NCBI GenBank assembly: GCA_053919585.1
Contig: CM132805.1
Source of the DNA: Euprymna scolopes
Lineage: Eukaryota
Length of the DNA: 64,000 bases
Direction: 5' to 3' (one strand)
How positions within the stretch are numbered: position 1 is the first letter of the stretch; each line of letters opens with the position of its first letter. The notes beneath the pieces were generated by a model, which saw nothing but the letters and a program-made list of their open reading frames with translations, searched no databases and was not told the DNA's origin. The position numbers and the translations under genes were made by a program. Positions 59,791 through 64,000 of the stretch are shown here, piece after piece.

Positions 59791-61273
59791 GTCCAATTGT
59801 TGAAATTTATCTGACACGGCAAAGATGGAAATATCCAAGGAAGAAGTAACTAAACTATGATTAAAAGGTCCAAGTAAATCCGGAGGGATTCCCGGTATTA
59901 ACTGATTCAAGCGCAAAGGATCTTGTTTCTGACAAGCACGAGGCTTGAAGTTATGAAAAGTCTAGGGAGTGTTGATCCTGATGAAGAAATATAAAACGTC
60001 TCAGGCGGGATAGAAACGGATCAATCCAAGGAAGAAGAATTGTTTCAGAGATAGGCCCCGTAAGTTATATGTGTTAATCTGGCTGACACCAATGAAGCAG
60101 TCCTAAGTTGTTTGACTGAACACATAGGGGTGTGGTTAGGCAGGGTGAGTGAGGACGTTAATGCAACTCAAGTGAAAAAAGGCGCATTGATTACCAAAGA
60201 CCTGGAAAAAATTGTTGAAGAACTTAAAATTGACTTTGATGTTTTTATGATTTATTTTATAGGCGAAGAAATCGAGAGACAGCCCGGCGTGAAATTTAAC
60301 TTCAAGAGGAGACCACAAAACCAAGTTAAGTTAATTAAAAACAAAGAAAAAAAAGAGAGATAATAAAAAAATAAAGAAAACGGAAAATGGATTAGAAGAA
60401 CTTTTAATCATGAAAAGAATGTATTAACCCCATATGAGACAATGGTCCATTGGAGATAACTGGAAAAATATAGTTAGTCATATTACATGTTGAATAAAAT
60501 CTTTTGATCATGAAAAAATGAGTTAACTCCATAAGCAGCAATGATCCAGTGGAGATACTTAAAAAAAAGAGGAGGAAAAGTCAATAGTAGAAGGCGAGTG
60601 TTCCCCTTAATTAGTACCGAATTTTGTTTTGCTTTTATGATGAACCATAAGAACATACAACCTTTTCTGCTTATATAGAAGGATATATAATCTGTTTGTG
60701 CTTTTGTAGTGAACTATTTCCAATGACTAATAAAACCTTTCTTGTATTAATATATAAGCTTAGTAGAATTAATATGTTGCATGATTGTTGGAGACGCCCC
60801 TCCATGGGATCAATGGACTATCTCATGGCGTAATTTCCTTTGATGACGTCACTTCCGGTATCGAGTAGAATAATTACATGTTGAATGATTTCTTTTGCAG
60901 TAAACTGGTAGTTGAATACGTGGACAGTACGAACCAGCTAGTGTGAAGTATCGCTTAACATGGATTATCGGGGATTAGTTTTAGAGTTTGGTCTCAGGTT
61001 TCGGAGTTTATTTGAACTCAAGGGAGACTGTCCACCGCACTGAACCTGCCCGCGAAAACTGTCGTCCGATAAGAAAGAAATCGGTTGTAAAAATAGAAAA
61101 AAACTCCGTTTGAATATTATCGAACTATCAGGAAGGAAAATTATAATCGACATTTTTATTCTTTATATTTTATTTCTCCTGTGAAAAACTGTACAAAATT
61201 ATTTTTTTATTTCTCTCTTCTTGTGAATAATTAGTTTTATACGAATATTAAAACCAGTGTCAGCGTCGATTAA

Positions 61274-61277
<4 letters not shown>

Positions 61278-61351
<74 letters not shown>
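61278..61351. repeat. (TTA)n microsatellite
   Basis: Direct reading. Confidence 0.95.
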
Positions 61352-61352
<1 letters not shown>

Positions 61353-64000
61353 TGCAAGTTAAATTAAAGAAAAACAACCAAGTTGAATTATCTTTATCAG
61401 GTGAAGAAAGAAGAGAGAAAGGATCATCAAACTGCTCCATCAATCCGGTCTTCGTGAATGCGACTGAAACTGCGTCGCAGGATTTTGTGAATGTTCAAAC
61501 TGAACAACCTTGGACTACACTTCTGGTTCTGTCTGTCACACTACATTGTAAATCTTTTAATCGAAAAAGTACTCGTTCTAACGATAAGGCGTAAGTACAA
61601 GTGTAACGTAGCCGTTACATTGCAAATGGACAAACAAATAAAACAAATGAAATGTCCGAATTTGCATTTTTTTCTTTTTCAACAAATGCTTTTATTTCCG
61701 TTACTTTCAGCACCACTTAACAAAGTTTCTTAACATGTGTTTATTTTATCTTGCTTACTTTTCTATTTCTTTCGACAGCATGCCGGTATTTTCCAGTCAT
61801 TTTTTGCCTTCGCATTTATTCGTCTATTTTCTTCGACGTCGTGTTTCTTTTCTCTGACCTGACGCCAGCCGTGTGCCGGCCATTTCTCACCTGCGTCTTT
61901 ACACGTCTATTGTCCTCGACGCAGATTTTTTCCCCAAGCACATGTTGTATTTTTTCTCCTTTTTTTCCTCTTCTCGTGCACACTTCTTAATTTGCATGTG
62001 CGATTGTCTGCTATTGCTGCTAATCTATTCGCATATAAAAGAAAACAGGGAAAGTAAACTCAAAATTTCACACAATAAAACATGAATAGTTAAATCCAAA
62101 TAAAAATGTATTAGTGTATCGTCTGTTCGACATTTCCATTTTTTCAGAAATTCTTTTCCTTATTTATTCTTTGTTTTATAATTTGTAAAAATGAAGGAAT
62201 TCTTAAGTATTCTTCCAAATATTTAAAGGCAACGCTGAAACCAAAAAAAAAAACTTAGTCAACCGTTTAAATAGCGAGAATGTATGTTTTTTCTTTTTCA
62301 GAAATTTAACTTAAGTCGCGTTGAAGAGTTTCAGCTTGGTTGTGCAAGCATACAGTTTCAAATGTTAAAAAAAAACTGTTTTACAAAGCCAGTTACATTA
62401 TTGCAAGACAAATCAGAGTTTTCATATTCTTAATAATTTGTTTATCCTGAGTTTGAAACGGGATATTTTTATTTTAGGAAAAAAAATCAGTTTTCATTTA
62501 ATTGAGAGCATTCATAACACATAATGGTAATTGTGTTTTAAGATACATTTATATATATATATATAATTTTTACGTGTGATTTTTTTATGCGCAACTTTTT
62601 TTTCTGTATCAACTCTCGTAAACTGGCCCACAAACGTCTTCTTATGAACAAAGAATCTAGGTTACGTGGATATACTGGAAATTTGATCTGTTATCCGAAT
62701 TCTGTCAGCAACTTTCGGATTTTCTACTTAAAAGAAATCGCCGCAATTTACATACTCTATCTCTATAACCAAAAACTGTGAGTACCCTAAATATCCAGTA
62801 GCCACCCATGCTCCTACCACAACGGCAATGCAAGCCGCCGCACCATATCGTCACAATGAGCCTCAGACACAAAGTGTTTTATCTGACCGTCATGCAGTCT
62901 TGCTTTTATTTCAAAATTTAAACTACTTAACATTTTAATATTTCAGTATTCCGTATTTATCTGAATACACTTAGAAAAATACCGACAAATAAAAGCAACA
63001 GACTCGTCGAAAAAGTTCGGAAATAAAATAAAATTATTCATGAGTCGTTTAGTCCAGCCTGTGCTAAAAATTATCGTCTTTTCTATTTCAGTCTCTTATT
63101 CAACAACAAAACAGTAAAAAAAAAAAATGCAATGCCTTCATCCTGTATATAATATTTTCATTGCAGAAATCCCCTCTGGAGTAAATTCGGGTAGGTTTAC
63201 AATAACCGAAACCACATACAAATTTATTATGTCTGAACTTTTACCCACCATCTCATGTAACCTTTTAACGCTGTTATAGACACATTTATTCGTTAGAATA
63301 AACATTCTATTTTATTTCCTACGAGCGACATGATCACGATTGTCAAGATCTATAGAAGTAGTTCGTGTTTACCACTCTACCTCCCATTTTTCCAGTAAAG
63401 ACCGGGTAAATATATAACCATTATCTATTGACCTGACAACGTTACTAACTGGATTAAACACTCATACACATACAACTACCATTGCATTTCATTATTCGAA
63501 AATAATGATTTTTCCCACTAACATTCCGCCTATCTTATTGACTGTGACCATGAAATTCTATCATTCCGGATTATACACAATCATAAAAAAATAAACACGT
63601 CAGCCCTTAATCAACATGGCCACTCAATGGCCACGCATTATTTTTAATCATTTATAATTTCCTATCGTCTCTTTTCTTCTAGTTTACAGACTACTATTTA
63701 GAAAAATTAACTATAACATTTATTTTAAAGTTACACAAACAAAATAGTCGTAACTTTCGTATAAATAAATTAGCGCAGCTACCTCAGGTGATGTTTACAT
63801 CAACTGCAAATACCTTTGCCTTAGCGTCGTAAATTATACCAATTCGCATTATTAGGATTTTTCTTTTATCATATTCGATTTCAGCGTACTAAATTATGCA
63901 ATGCCACAATGAAATTATCTCTCCGTAAACGATTAAAAATGTTCTCTGCAATCGAGTATTAACAGGAAAGCAACGAATCACAGATACTTACATTGCATGA

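Noticed and set aside
59392-59916. 174-aa ORF as a host gene
   Set aside because: Antisense read through degenerate tandem repeats; no domain or splice support.

Overview
AT-rich eukaryotic (invertebrate-like) draft-assembly window with several N gaps and no recognisable intact host gene. Nearly everything interpretable is transposon-derived. The main structure is a nested stack. A decayed CR1-group LINE (~7030-23020) is split by an Academ DNA transposon (7161-20690, TAG...CTA termini, TAG TSD). The Academ carries a non-coding LTR retroelement (9465-14373, minus strand, CACC TSD) and a Gypsy element (15907-20026) whose LTRs appear identical. Also present: a near-intact IR/DR Tc1 element (31804-33438, DD34E, one nonsense codon), a Chapaev3-like remnant with a SINE-like insert, R4/Dong and RTE LINE remnants, head-to-tail non-autonomous Helitrons, a 3.3-kb tandem duplication with a variable 57-bp minisatellite, and six type I hammerhead ribozyme motifs plus one truncated remnant in Penelope-like pLTR fragments. 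The best second-look items are RNA-level signals. One hammerhead is fully canonical (53505-53557). The non-coding LTR element has an embedded tRNA-Lys mimic, a split tRNA-His primer site and a duplicated PPT. The Gypsy has a self-priming site and a UGA-CUAG gag-pol junction. All family assignments come from motif recognition by eye, not database searches.
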